Shown here: positions 1-12,777 of the stretch, in pieces
Position numbering within the stretch: the stretch's first letter is position 1
How the letters are laid out: each line of letters opens with the position of its first letter
Source of the DNA: Lama glama
Taxonomy: Eukaryota
Assembly (NCBI GenBank): GCA_028534125.1
Contig: CM052846.1
Coordinates: 7,440,001 to 7,504,000, forward strand
Direction: 5' to 3'
Length of the DNA stretch: 64,000 nt
Program-made: the position numbers and the translations under genes
Notes under the pieces: model-generated
Seen by the model: the letters and a program-made list of their open reading frames with translations, nothing else
Told to the model about the DNA's origin: nothing
Databases searched by the model: none

Positions 1-955
1 GCACTGAGGTGGCTTCTCCCATGTGTACGGGTCCCTGAAGCCCTGGGTCACCAGGGGAGAATGGGAGTGCTGGAGGGTTAGCTGGCCACACCTCTGAGTC
101 TCCCTTAGTTTCATCTGTTATAAAATCAGAATAAAATTTATAAAAATTTAGAAAATGAGTACAAGCTTCCCTGCGGTTCTAAAATCATGAAGGTTTAGGT
201 GCTGGAGATCGGGCATTCCAAGTGGAAGTAGAAATTCAGCCACTTCTGGGAAGAAACAAAGACAAGATTCACCAGCACCCGGCCTCTCTCTCAGAACCTT
301 CCTGCCCTAGGCATGACCTGAGAGTCAGGTGGAGAGAAGGCTGTGTCCCAGCTCTGTAGTGATGTTCCGGCTTGGGTCACATGTGGGGGGCGGGAGCGAG
401 TTGAAAACAGAATTCCTATTGTTGTTGTTACGGTGCCAAGGTCATCTTCTCTACATTTCAGCCGTTCCAGAGCCACCTGTCTTGTGCATGGATATGTGTG
501 TGGCCCAAAAAGCTTGAAAGGTAAGAGAGTTCTTGCTTATGCCATTAGCTAAACCACGAGTACCATGCTGCACCCCAAACCCCATACCTCCCGCCTGTTC
601 TTTGGGTGAATTTCAGCCGTAAGGGAGGCAGTTAGGACTGCAGCCGCCCTGGGGGACACTCCTGCCAGGCATGGCCTCTGGAATACTAGTGTCCGACTCT
701 CAGGCCTCCTGCTGCGGTCGTTATTGGATCTTTCCGAGACTGGGTACGAGGTAATGTGTACAGTGCCAGTCACACAGCAAGGCCTGATGAGGGCATCGGG
801 GAAGTCTGGGCTCTGAGCCTCTACTTCTTCCGTCTGAGTGAGGTTTGGGAAAGTGACTTACCCTCGCTGGCACTGGGTTTCCGTGAGCATGACGTGGTGA
901 GGCTTTTCATCTGTTGCGTTACACAGAGAACTGGGTTGCTGAAAGAGAGGAAGAA

Positions 956-1160
956 ACTAACTTTTATTGAGCACCTTTTATGAGCTAAGTACCGTGCTAG
1001 GGGGTTCATGTAAATTTGGCTGTTAGCCCTTGTTCGACTCCTCTAAGGATGGGAAAATCGGTGCTTGGCGAGGCTAAAGGACTTGCTCACAGTCGCACGG
1101 CTTAGACATGGCAGAATTGGGTTTCCACTGCACATCTGCTGCTTCCAGTGTGTCTAAAGC
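956..1160 (-). mobile_element. MIR SINE
   Basis: 'ttttattgagcaccttttatg...gtgctag...gatgggaaaatcggtgct...aggctaaaggacttgctcacagtcgcacggct' resembles the reverse MIR tail and core; boundaries approximate. Confidence 0.7.
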
Positions 1161-2407
1161 CAGTGCCTTCCCCACATCGGTAGACCTGGACACAGAATAA
1201 AGCGGGCGTTTTCTGCACTGACCGGGGGCCCCCTTCCCCGCTCCTTCCTCTGGTCGTGTTGCTAATGTGCTTCCCTTGGGGCTCCTGAGAAGGGGAACTC
1301 TCAACCCTTGTGTCTTCTGGCTTTTACTTTTACTGGAGAGCAGATACCACCTATTTTCCCCAAAAGTCTTATTTTCTGGCAAAAGAAGAAACTCTTGGTC
1401 AAATTTTGGGGGGCAAAAATGATCCCCCATACAAAGGGCCAAGCACAAGTGAGGTTCATCTGCCCGTGATCCTGCCTTGCAGTCATCTCTTTTTCTCTCT
1501 CTTCCTTTTTTTCTAAACATATGCTTCAAAAACTCGTTCTCACTGGGGGCCCTGGTGAGTGTGATGGTGTCCAGATTCCCGCGCTGGGGCCCTGGGTTCA
1601 CAAAGGGCCAAGTTGACGTCCAGTCTGCATCTGGCTTATTTGATGCCAGAGGAGCACCGGGGTCTCCTGAGAAGCAGGAGAGATTTGCCTCCTGCGGAGG
1701 TTTGGATAAGCCCCAGCTAATCTCCATGGCTTCTTAAGGGCACACCTGCTTGTCTGCCTGCCAGCAGCCTCCTCGCTCATTTCCCGTGGGACGGCTGGGG
1801 TCAGAGGGCCTCCAGAAAGCCTTTTATCCCCCACCGCCCTGCCAGACCCCCCCAAGCAGCACCTGGGTCCACATAGAAGACTTCCTTTGAGGGGAGGTCG
1901 AGACGTCCCTCCCGGAATGAGGTCCAGTGCCCTTTCCCTTCCTTTTCAGGCGGCTTGCTTGTTCCCTCCTTCTAAATAAGCGTTTAATTCAAGCTTTATC
2001 ATGCATGGCTCAAACTTTATCCCATTGGGGCTAAGCTGATCTGAATTAGTTTCCAGGCTGCTGAGCTGTGAACACGTAGTAGGTGCTCAGTAAATAGAGC
2101 GTCTGATCATGATCTGCGCAGGAACCTAGGAAAGAGACACCATCAGCTTTCTGTTTGTTTCATCACTGGAATGTATTCCTAACACTGGTAATATTGAAAT
2201 GACAGACAATTCAAATGTCCTTTCTCCTTAGCTGTGGAAGTGAGAGATTCTGTCCTCCCTCTTTTCCCAAGTCACATTTTCCTTCTTAATTATCCTTAGG
2301 AGTAGTTAGTAGTGAAATTGGTTTGTTTTCTACAAGCATTCTGCTTAGGACGGGCGGTCAGAGGCAGCTGTTTGACGCAGGAAGCTCCCAGGAGTTTAGT
2401 GGTGGGT

Positions 2408-2478
2408 TTCCTCCCTTCCCCGCTTCCTTCCTGTCTTCCTCCCTCCCTCCTTTCCCTCTCCCCACTCTTTCTCTCTCT
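2408..2478. repeat. CT-rich low-complexity polypyrimidine tract
   Basis: Near-pure C/T run seen directly. Confidence 0.8.
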
Positions 2479-2874
2479 TGTATTTTCTGTACATGAAATA
2501 GAGACATAGCTTATTTTTGAAGAGGGTACTATTAATGGTAATCTGGGAGGATATGACTTGAAAAAAATCTAATTAAAAAAAAAACTCTGATCCTCTCTTC
2601 CTTTGAACTCATCAGTTGTTCTTCAGGTTTATAACTCTACTTGTTCCTAATTCCACTAATACTGGTTGAACTCTATTCTGAGTCCCTGGGCTGAGTAATG
2701 TGGGATAAATCCAGCCCCTTAGAAACTAGTTTGGCTGGAAACATGGGCCATTGGAATTCCATGATAAAGCCATGTGTGAATCGATGGTCAGTTGGAGCAT
2801 TAAAGACGGGAGGGGGACACTCAAGCACCAGTTCCTCTGATTATGAGCATGGCATCCCAGACTCACGCATATTT

Positions 2875-3060
2875 CAGTCAACTCCCCCAAGCCGTGCAAG
2901 GTAAGCAGTATTATCCTCACGGTATAGATGAGGAAATGGAAGCCCGCGGACATTGAGTCATTCGGAAGATTGGGTGCAGAACTAAGACTGTCACCCAGGT
3001 AATAGAACTTGGAAATCCAGCTGTAATTTGAACCCAGCACTGGATCAGAACAACCCTCGG
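2875..3060 (-). mobile_element. MIR SINE
   Basis: 'aggtaagcagtattatcctcacggtatagatgaggaaatggaagc...tttgaacccag' matches the reverse MIR core and B-box region. Confidence 0.7.
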
Positions 3061-4059
3061 ATACTGTCCTGTTCCATTGACACGGAAAAACAGCTGCCGT
3101 AGAGACAGAGAATTCTGTGTGGGCAGCTACTTTAGAAAGTGGATACTCCAGAGTGACTTTGTAAGGGGAATGCATGGAAAGATAATTTACCAGCTAATTG
3201 CTAATGTCCCCTTTCAGTTGGGATTGTGTATATTTTAGGGTACGTGGTGATGTTAAACCGCGGGTTTTCATTATTTCAGCTGGAGTGCTGTCTACCGCGT
3301 CCTCTGCCTGCAGCACCCCCGTCAGGATGCTTCCTCCTCCCTGAACTGCTTCGGCACCATCTCTCCTCTGATAATATGTACACAAAGGGATGCCCCCCAC
3401 CTCCCGTTCCCCAGTGGAGGGCACTGGCAGTGAGCAGACAGACACCGTCTCAGAGGCTGCAATCCTGGGCCCATAACGTTGTGGCAGAAAGTAGACAGTT
3501 AAACAGCCAGTGCTGGGTGCAGGATAACGGCATAATAGGCTCAGTGTGAGTCAGGAGGCAGTAACGGCCCTGGAGATGGAGAAATTCAGAGAAAGCAGGG
3601 CGGTATAAAAGCGGAGACACCATCTGTGGGATCCAGGCAGCTGTGAGAGACTCCGCACGGCACAACACGGAGATCGGTTACACAGCACAACCCATGGTAG
3701 TAAAGGAATCATCTGGCCTTGAAGTCAGCAGATGTTCTTGGTTTGAATTGCCACCTTCCTGGCCGTGAACACCAGTGTAGCCATGGTTGTAAATGGCAAG
3801 GTAATAAACTGCCTCTTCCTCCAGCCACTCAAAACTGCAGAAAATGAGAATCAAAACAAACAAACAAACAAAAACAAAAATACAAACCAAAAAACCGAAT
3901 GCTTCCTTTCCTCCATGATGAACCCCCTTGACCAGCAGTGGGTACCGCACGTGCCCTCTCCCCACCTCATTTGAGTACAATAAACAGCTGTATCAGGAGG
4001 GTGTATCATGCTTCTGAAAGTGTGTTTAAAAGTCTAGTTTCTAGTTCGGGTGAGTGTGT

Positions 4060-4205
4060 GTATGTGCCCGGCCTGATGCTTGGCCTTTTGTGGGGATCCC
4101 CTCACTTGGTCCTCACAATACCCCTTGGAGGTTGGTGGCATCATTCTGATCTTGAGGAGGAAGAGACTGAGGTGCCGAGAAGGGAAGCCACTTGCTCAGC
4201 CTCCC
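4060..4205 (-). mobile_element. MIR SINE
   Basis: 'tcctcacaatacccc...gaggaagagactgaggtgccgagaagggaagccacttgc' resembles reverse MIR. Confidence 0.7.
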
Positions 4206-5489
4206 CCAGTGGTGACGTCACGGTTCTCATTCAGATACGGATGCGTCCCCGGGCCCCGCTCTTTCCCCTTCACCCCGTGCTTCCCAGAGGAGGAACAGTC
4301 GTGAGTGCTTTACGTCTCCTCACCCGGTACCCTTTCCCCGATAGCCATTACCCCTGAAAGGTTCTCTGGACATGAAACGCTTCGCTTTACGTCTCTGGAA
4401 ATCTGGAGTCAGATAACCCAAACCTTCAAGTAATTGGAATGAGTCTTCTATGTTTCAATTTTAGATGAAAAAGACAGAAAAAGAGAGAGTAAACCACTTA
4501 GTTGAGGAGTTTTAAGTGTTTACTTGTTGGATGTATGTGTATTTCAGTACAGTTTTTTTCAGCTCAGTAATCTATGCCTTCTTCTCTGTTGAACTATGAC
4601 TTCTGAAGTTCAGAATGATGACCCAGAGGTGTGGCAAGGACAAAAATCATTAAAGAGGACAAAGGAAGAGCATAGAAGAAAGAGTACTTATGTTGAAAGT
4701 CTTAAGAATATTGGCTTAAACCCCCATGCAACCCATCGGTCCTGGCTCTGGGAAAATTGATCACTGTCACCTGTGGTTGCACCAGCTGGAGGTTAGGCAT
4801 GTAGAGACTCAAAAGTTGATGGTGGGAAGTCAGCAAGAAGGTATGTATGTGCATCACCTAGTGCAGGGGGCGTGCACTCTACCTGCTCAGTAGATCCTAG
4901 TTTTCTTCGTAAAGCAGAAAAGTAATTGTTAGCCACGTGTAAAACAAAGTGGATGTTGGTTATTTAGAATTTTTCCATTTTTGCTCTTAGTGCGGCATCT
5001 GTGAGATAGGTCAGGAGAGCTGGGGAGACTCAGACCATTCGCCTGGGGAAAAGGCCCTGGGAGCGTGCAGGATGGGATTTGCCTCCATCAGGGTAGCTTC
5101 TCACGATGACACATCACATACTGAGCAACAATAGTTACAACAGAAACGTCAAGGCTTAAGGAACCCATAGGTAGACTTGACCAGTTTATTGCTTTAATTC
5201 AACAGCTCAGTTCTAAGCAGACTCAGTCAAGGGAAGCAAACAGTGTGGTACTATGCTTAAATCTCCATGCTTTCTGCATTTTTCAGTGATCCTTTTTCTT
5301 TCTTTCTTTTTTTTTGCCTGCACCTTCCACCTCGATAACTCAGTTGTCTTCTGAGATATTTGTTCTTGTTCCTATGAATCCAGACAGCTCAGGTGCACAC
5401 CAGTAACCCTGACACGGTGAAGACCATGAGGAAGAGGATGGCCTGGAAACGTGTATTTAGTTGTATTGTAAACGAGCCTTTAACACTGG

Positions 5490-5620
5490 AGTGAAGGTTA
5501 CTGTCTGACTTTGCAGAGAGGCAGAGCTTGGTTTGAGTCCTGGGTGTACTGCTTACTGTCTGGTGGCTGGGAAAGTGACTTCACTTCTTTAAGCTTTAGT
5601 TTCCTTATTAGTAAAATGTA
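5490..5620 (+). mobile_element. MIR SINE
   Basis: 'ggtttgagtcctgg...aagtgacttcacttctttaagctttagtttccttattagtaaaatg' resembles MIR head and core. Confidence 0.75.
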
Positions 5621-7054
5621 CCTGGCTCAGGTAATAAGTTCCCAGTCCATTTAAGTCATTAAATAAAATTTGCTGTTTATCCTACTGGTAAATGGGAGTT
5701 TAGCAACCTCCCAGTCTATTCTGGTCCCATTATTCTAAAAATAGTACACATTCTCAGTGTTTTCTCCTTGATTTGGCCCGCTGGGCACTGAACTCTTTGG
5801 GGTTTCTCGGTTGAAGACAACATAATACTGTACCCCACCCCCGCCATCTCTCCCTCAATCTCCCCTCCAAGGTGTGGGTGCCCCAGTGACAATGTCAGTA
5901 TGGCAGAAGTAGGGCTTCAATCAGGAGCCCGGAGCAGGGAAGACATTTTATCTAAATTTGCAATGATCTGCTTCTTCCTGCAGACACTCCTCTTTTGCAT
6001 TATCGATCCCCTCTGTCTCCTGAGCCTGGTCACTTGTCTTTGACCCTGGTTTGCAGTAGGAGGAGCAGACGGGCTGCCAGAGATGTCTGGCATGGTGCCT
6101 GCATTCAGTTCCTCTTAATGTTTGCATCAGCCTTTTTGTTTTACCTTGAAGTGGTTTGTGCCATTGCAGGTGGGGTCCAGGGTCTTCATCCTTTGTGTCA
6201 CGCCTCTCAATAGAGCAATGACTTCTCTCAGGGTCTGACTCTCTTTCCTGCGTGGATTCTGCTGTCCTGGGGTGGGAAGGGCCCTCAAAGCTTGGGTTTC
6301 TTCTCCAGGAAGCTGGCCAGTATAGTTTCTGAATAAAACAAGGCGGGGGCCAGAGAAGACATTCTTTAATTAGTGCATATAAACAGAAATACTAGGATGA
6401 GATGAGGAGGAAAGGAGAATGGAGACTAAAAATAGGGGCACCATCTTTTTACTGTTTTTCCTTCTTGAGTTGGAAGTTTCCTTGAACTATTTCTAGGTCT
6501 TTGGTGAAAAAAGAAGTCCAGGGAAATTTTCCTTTGCTGTTTTGTTTTACCCATTCATGGAACAGCTAGAAATATGAGTCTCCCTAAATCACTCTGGCCC
6601 ATCAAACTGCCCTCCTGCAGCTTGCTACAGCTCACGAACCCAAGCGCATTTCTTTCTCTTTTATTCTGGGTGGTGCATGATAATCCAGGTCACCTGCTGT
6701 TTGTGCCGGCTCAAGATGACTGCGTCTGGATACTTTGAAGCCCTGAGGTCACTCAGTAATAGCCCTAGGGAAGATAGCGTAGCCCTCCTTGAAACATTTA
6801 ATTTTCATAAGAGAAAGATGATAACTTGAATAAGTTGCAAATATATTGCAGAGAAATAGGCTCCTGGTCCCTAGGGAAGGAATCGATTGAGGCTCTCTGC
6901 CTGGTGAAGTAAACCCAAGAGTTGGGGTAATTACTTAAGAAATTTTCTCTAGAACCTGTGCTCAGGAGGAGTTTAATTTGATTGCTTATTTTAAATTTAT
7001 TGTCCCCTCAATTCATCAACTTTATCAGATTTTACTTGGGTAAGCCCAATCAAT

Positions 7055-7141
7055 CTCTCTTCCCCTCTCCACCCACTCTCTTCCTCCCTCATTCCCCTTT
7101 CCCTTCCTCCCCTCTTTCTCTTCCTCCCTCTCTCTCCTTCT
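7055..7141. repeat. CT-rich polypyrimidine tract
   Basis: About 85 nt of almost pure C/T, seen directly. Confidence 0.8.
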
Positions 7142-7426
7142 GTTTGTGTGTGTATTTTTCCAAGCAGGTGGGGACTGAGTGATGGTCCTCTACCAATAAT
7201 CTTATCCTTCGTCTAAACTTCATTTCATTCCAGAACTGGCAATATTATCAAAATCATTAACAAATCGGTGTGTTAAATTATGCTTCCTAGAAGGAGAAAA
7301 ACAAATAGTCGACTTTTGCACCATCACCCTTCGTATAGTTCTCTCTGTATAATTATTTTATGTTTCTGCTGGCATGGCTAGCACTGAGCATCCCAGTACA
7401 TCACATGCACTCTGTTGCTTTAACCT

Positions 7427-7440
7427 GTTGCCATGACAAC
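7427..7440. promoter_or_regulatory. RFX X-box motif (candidate)
   Basis: GTTGCCATGACAAC, a 13/14 match to the palindromic RFX consensus GTTGCCATGGCAAC. Confidence 0.55.
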
Positions 7441-7723
7441 CTCAACATTCTCCGTAACAAAATTTAAATATGTATCTATGAGTTTGAAGAAACGACCGTA
7501 GCATTAAATAAAATTCTACTAACATCCGTCTGTTTCAGATAGCATTCTGAGATGATTTCCATAATAACAATTATTGAATGTAATTGCATGAGATGCAAGC
7601 CATAGTTAATCTTTCCTGGAAAAGTACAAAATAATCAATTTCTTTTGTAGGCAAATGGGTGAATGCCCTATTCAGTTATTCATCATCTTCTGAATGTCTG
7701 CATATGCCACTGTGTTAGGCTCA

Positions 7724-8173
7724 TGTATCAGATAGGGTACACACCAGTAACAAATAGACTCAAAAATATATAAAGATTTTTTTTTACATGGAAGTATATT
7801 TCTTCCTCTTGCAATAGTCCAATACATTGTCTCTAGTCACTAGTAGTTTTCTTCGATGCAGTGATCCAGACAGAGATCCAGATTCTTTCCATCACAGAGC
7901 TCAGCCAGCCCTGGAGCCTTATCAACCCCTGCATCTAGCTGGCAGCGGAGCAGGCAAAGGAGAGCCCGGAGATGTGTGGTGTAAACACCTCAAAGTGAAA
8001 TCCATCACTCTGCATTTTTCATTGGCTGAGGCTAGTCACATGGCCACCCGTCGCTTTAAATGGACCAGAAAAATGTAGTCCCTGGCTTGGTGTGAGCTTC
8101 TCAGCCACAACTCTGAGTTAGAGCTGGAGAATCGTGCATTTTAGTAGATAGCTGGCTGGCTCGGTCATTGCGC
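7724..8173 (-). mobile_element. ERVL-MaLR solo LTR (MLT1J/K-like)
   Basis: Begins 'tgtatcagatag...gtaacaaatag'; contains 'catcactctgcatttttcattggctgaggctagtcacatggccac...aaatgtagtc', typical of old MLT1 LTRs; ends in 'ca'. Confidence 0.75.
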
Positions 8174-9368
8174 AGGTAGCTAGAAGAAGAGGAAGGCGTA
8201 CTTCAAACGCACGAAGGGTTCACCATCGTGGGGAGAAGGCTGTGCGCCGTGTAAGCGCTGCAGTCACGCCGTGGGGAGGGACTGCTCGGGCTGGGCTGGA
8301 CCGGGGTGGGTCGGCGGCGCTGCCTGTGCGGAGCTGCACCTTGGATTGCTTAAGAGGCTTATCCTGTAGTAATTTAAAAATAATGGACTTGCTTAAAAGC
8401 ATGTGTGTAGGAGAGGGAGGCTAGAGAAGATGGGAATGAGGAGGAATAATTAGATAACGCAGTTATCTCTGCGGGTTCTTAAGTGATAAGCCTGTGTTTC
8501 TCCCTCGCTCTCCACTTGCCTTATCACGAGTGGGTGACCTTGATGAGGCATTTTCAGCACGGTATCTTGGGTTTCTTTTAATCTCCTGTCAGTTGCTGTC
8601 ACTGTCAGCGTGACTGAGCGCCAGTGGAACATTCAGCTTTCATTTCGGCCTTACCAGGAATGTTAAATTATGAGGAAATGTCAGGGTGGGAGAAGGCCAT
8701 AGACTCTGTGGACACAGGGAGTCATTGAAGGACACTGCGATCTCTTCTCTCAACACTGTAAGGATTAGGAAGGATTCTATTTTGACTTTCTGGATTCTTC
8801 TACAGTTTGAGTCGATATGACTTGTCACTTGAGCACTGTCTCTCTCCTGTGCTGACTGCTGGTATATTCCAACCCAGTGGATTGTAATGGACACTCACTA
8901 GCGTGGGTAAGAATGACTTTTACCTATTATATTATTAATTATTCTATCTTACCGAAAGAAAAGCAGAGGTTGGGGTTGTATGAAACATTCCAGTGATTCT
9001 GTGGGATGCTAGTCAACCACAGTAGGCACAGCAAGGGATTAAGATGGCTAAAAGAAAAGTCTTCAAGTATTTGGAGACTAGTTTGGGAGACAGAACCAAC
9101 AAACATGATAACACAACATGAATTTAATGCATAAACCGGCATAAACTAGCAGGAGGAACAGAGGCAGTTACTCAGATAATTGTATTCAAACCTCCTAATC
9201 TATGAATTACTGTCCATTTGAATACATTTTGCAGTATAACAGATTAGTTTGCTCTCTTAGAAAACTTTTTAAGAAAAAAAAGGGAATTTCATAGTTTTAC
9301 TTGGTTTTTAGATCTTGACCCTTAAGTTCTGGCTGTAACTTTGGTTCTCCTTCCCTCTAAAATAGTCA

Positions 9369-10289
9369 GTTTTTAAGCAATAGGCACATGAAAAGATGTC
9401 CAGTATTGCTAATTATCAGAGAAAGGCAAATCAAAACTACAGTGAGATACCACCTCACACCAGTCAGAATGGTCATCATCAGAAAGTCCACAAANNNNNN
9501 NNNNNNNNNNNNNNNNNNNNNNNNNNNNNNNNNNNNNNNNNNNNNNNNNNNNNNNNNNNNNNNNNNNNNNNNNNNNNNNNNNNNNNNNNNNNNNNNNNNN
9601 NNNNNNNNNNNNNNNNNNNNNNNNNNNNNNNNNNNNNNNNNNNNNNNNNNNNNNNNNNNNNNAACTCCAACTCGAAAANNNNNNNNNNNNNNNNNNNNNN
9701 NNNNNNNNNNNNNNNNNNNNNNNNNNNNNNNNNNNNNNNNNNNNNNNNNNNNNNNNNNNNNNNNNNNNNNNNNNNNNNNNNNNNNNNNNNNNNNNNNNNN
9801 NNNNNNNNNNNNNNNNNNNNNNNNNNNNNNNNNNNNNNNNNNNATAGATGGACCTGGAGATTATCATACAGAGTGAAGTAAGTCAGAGAGAGACAAATAT
9901 CATACTATAGCACTTATATGTGGAATCAAAAAAAGTGACACAAATGGACTTATTTACAAAACAGAAGCAGATTCACAGACAGAAAACAAACTTACGGTTA
10001 CCAGACAGGAAAAAGGGGGAGAGGGATAAGTTGGGAGTTTAGGATTTGCAGATACTAACTACTGTATATAGAATAGATAAACAACAGGATTCTACTGTAT
10101 AGCACAGGGAACTATGTTCGTATCTCTGCAGTAACCTACATGAAAAAGAATATATATGTATGTGTGTGTGTATATGTATGTATGTATGTATATAGATATG
10201 TGTGTATAACTGAATCACCATGCTGTATACCAGAAACTAACATAGCATTGTAAATCGACTATACTTCAGTAAAAAAAAAAAAATAATAA
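9369..10289 (+). mobile_element. 5'-truncated LINE-1 (ORF2 C-terminus, 3'UTR and polyA), relatively young, partly N-masked
   Basis: Translates [29 protein letters not shown] and MDLEIIIQSEVSQ (L1 ORF2 end); polyA at 10271-10283; TSD AAATAGTCA at 9360-9368 and 10292-10300; (TA/TG)n inside the 3'UTR. Confidence 0.95.
9495..9843. other. Two N runs (9495-9662, 168 N; 9679-9843, 165 N) separated by a 16-nt island
   Basis: Seen directly. Confidence 1.
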
Positions 10290-11039
10290 TGAAATAGTCA
10301 CCTTGCAGCCTGAGCCTTTGTTTCTATCAGTCTGTAAATGGATAACATCTCGTACTTGTCTCCAGGTCTTGGATTCTAAGGGTGTGCACTGAGTTTTTCT
10401 ACTTTGTATTATGATTCTTTTTGACATGCCCCACATTTGACGAGTTGCGTAGTGGAGGTGTTAATCGTGACCCAGTCCCTCTGTTCCCTCCACTGTTTCT
10501 CTAAGCTCTGGTCTCCCTCTTACCTTTTTCTTTTTTTCTCTAGATTTTAATTGTCTCAGTTTCAGTACTTGGACGTACATGAAGTTCTAAACTTAGAAAG
10601 AGACAAATGCCTCCCAGCTGTTCTCATTTATATCTGTAACCTGTTGGGTAAACAACTTAATCTTTCTAATGAAGCTTTATTTTTCTGTTTGGTCACTGAT
10701 GGGATAGGTGACCCAAGGTTTCTAGTAAGATGTGTTGGGGTCCAACATGTCTGCATTGACTTTGCCCAGAAAAGGACACATGCTAAGATCCACTGCAGGC
10801 AGGTATTTCTGAGTGACAAGCTGCGGCCAAGGGAATTGACCCTCAAAGCACAGAGAGTCAGGCCCTCGGGGCCCAGGCAGCACCAAGGAGCCCTGCACGG
10901 TGTCTGAGTGAGAGAAGAATTGATTGTTGTTACAGCAGCTTCTCCTGTGTAACCAACGAGATGCCCTTCCAGCAGGGATGGAAGGTTCCAGTGATGTCCA
11001 TGTTATAGAATAATCTTGTTATTTTTCTTACGAGGTCTT

Positions 11040-11165
11040 TGAATCATACAACTTCACGTCTAGGAGTAGTATTTGAAATCACTGAATCTAACTTTCCTAC
11101 AACTGAAAGGCTTCTCCGTCCAATATCCTTGGCTGAAGGCCATCCAGCCTCTGTGTGGACCCTGA
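11040..11165 (-). mobile_element. L3/CR1 (or MIR3) 3' fragment
   Basis: 'gaatcatacaac...aatatccttggctgaaggccatccagcctctgtg' resembles the reverse L3 3' end. Confidence 0.5.
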
Positions 11166-12777
11166 AGCTGTATCAGTCATAAGGAAATGCTGTCATCGTG
11201 GCTCTCTCCCTCCTAATTATAAGTTTCAGGGAGCTCTGAGTGGCTAACGTTAAGACCAACCAGCTAATGTAGATACCAACCAGAGTTTTGCTTACGGTGT
11301 TAGCGAAGATTTAACGTCAGGGAGTAACTACTGACTGTTAACTGATAATAAGCAAGCAGCCTGCAGTTTTAGAAGATCGTGGCATTTTCACTATCATGTA
11401 TGTAGTCATTTAAGGCCCTGCTGAAACCTGAGCTGCCTCTGCTCTGGAGATGTCTGAATGTGGACTGACAGCACTACGGGAGGAGCTGGGACCACAGACT
11501 GAAACCCACAGCTAGAAGTACTTTCTCATCTTGCCCTTCCTTTTGCTACACATTCTTTTCCTTCCTTCTCATCCCATTTCTTCCCCCCCCTACTCCCCTT
11601 TTCAATTCTGATCTGTTCTCCTGTAGCCAGGTACCTTTTGATTAACTATGACAGTTAAAAACCCCAGACCATCTTTACCCAGTATAATCACACATATTGC
11701 TAACCTAGAGTGTGTGTTTCTGGGAGGCAAACTAATTATGAATGTGTTTTAAGCGAAATTAATTTCAGAGGCAGGTTTGCATGTGTGTGTGTGTATAGAA
11801 GGGAATTATGATATAAAACAGATGTTTTAGGATTACCATCTCTCTCAGCTTTTCCATGGCAGGGCGCCTCTACATTGGCACCAGCCATCAAAAGTGCATC
11901 GTGTCTTACATGTCTACAGCCTTAGAAATAAGTATAAAATATGTCAGCCGTAAATTTGTGTTTTGAAGCCTCAGAACACGTTCCCATATATTAACGCACC
12001 TTACGGTTCCGTGTATTGCTTTTGCAGCTCGGCTGGACGAGACCGCATCACGTCTTGTGCAGACGGGCTGGTGGCTGCTTTCAGGGCTTACTGGGTCTCT
12101 GTTTTTTCAGCTAACACTTGGTAAATGGCAGTGATGAATGATCATGCACTTCCTGGGAGCACAAGTGTATTTCCAAAGGTCAAACGCATTTGTGTGATCT
12201 GGTGATGCTCTCAAGGTGGAAATCAGGAGCCGCAAGACAGAACAACAGAAAAAGCTGAAATTTAACAAGGTTGCAGAGTGATGCTGAGCTGGGAGGTGCT
12301 GCCTTGTAAGACTCTCATGTTGTCTCACAAATACTCTTTTCACAGCAGTTCGAGAACCCGTGGAACACATAATCCGGGGAACTAGTGGTGCTCAGGCCGC
12401 TGAGAGGTCCCTCCGTCCTCTGCAGCTTGTGTTAGAGTGAGATGTGGTGGAAATCCTGGAAGGAGGCGCCTTCATTGTCTCTGAGACACATTTTTGTCAT
12501 CCTTCTTCCTCCGAGGCATCTTCTGTAATCATCTGCTTTGCCACTTAAAAAGCCCTTTACTGGCCCTCACTAATGAAGCTCGCAGCTCCGTGGACTGTGC
12601 TTCCCATTTTTCAGAGCCCGGGTTATTAGGTACAGAGAGGTCAGGGTAATTGCCCAACAGCAGGCTGTTTCGATCTGAAATGAACCTAGACATTTAGGAT
12701 GCTAGTTCTGAAACGTGATTCCCCAGCCTTTCTGGATCTGAGTTGCAGTTCTTTTATATATGACTTATGGCGTAATC

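Noticed and set aside
1074-1727. 217-aa minus-strand ORF, the longest gap-free ORF
   Set aside because: No recognisable domain, runs into a MIR, and has no supporting splice or promoter context; consistent with a chance ORF
9388-9881. ORFs containing long X runs (also at 29156-29538, 33505-34247 and 50540-51490)
   Set aside because: Their length is an artefact of N gaps; the readable part at 9388 is decayed L1 ORF2
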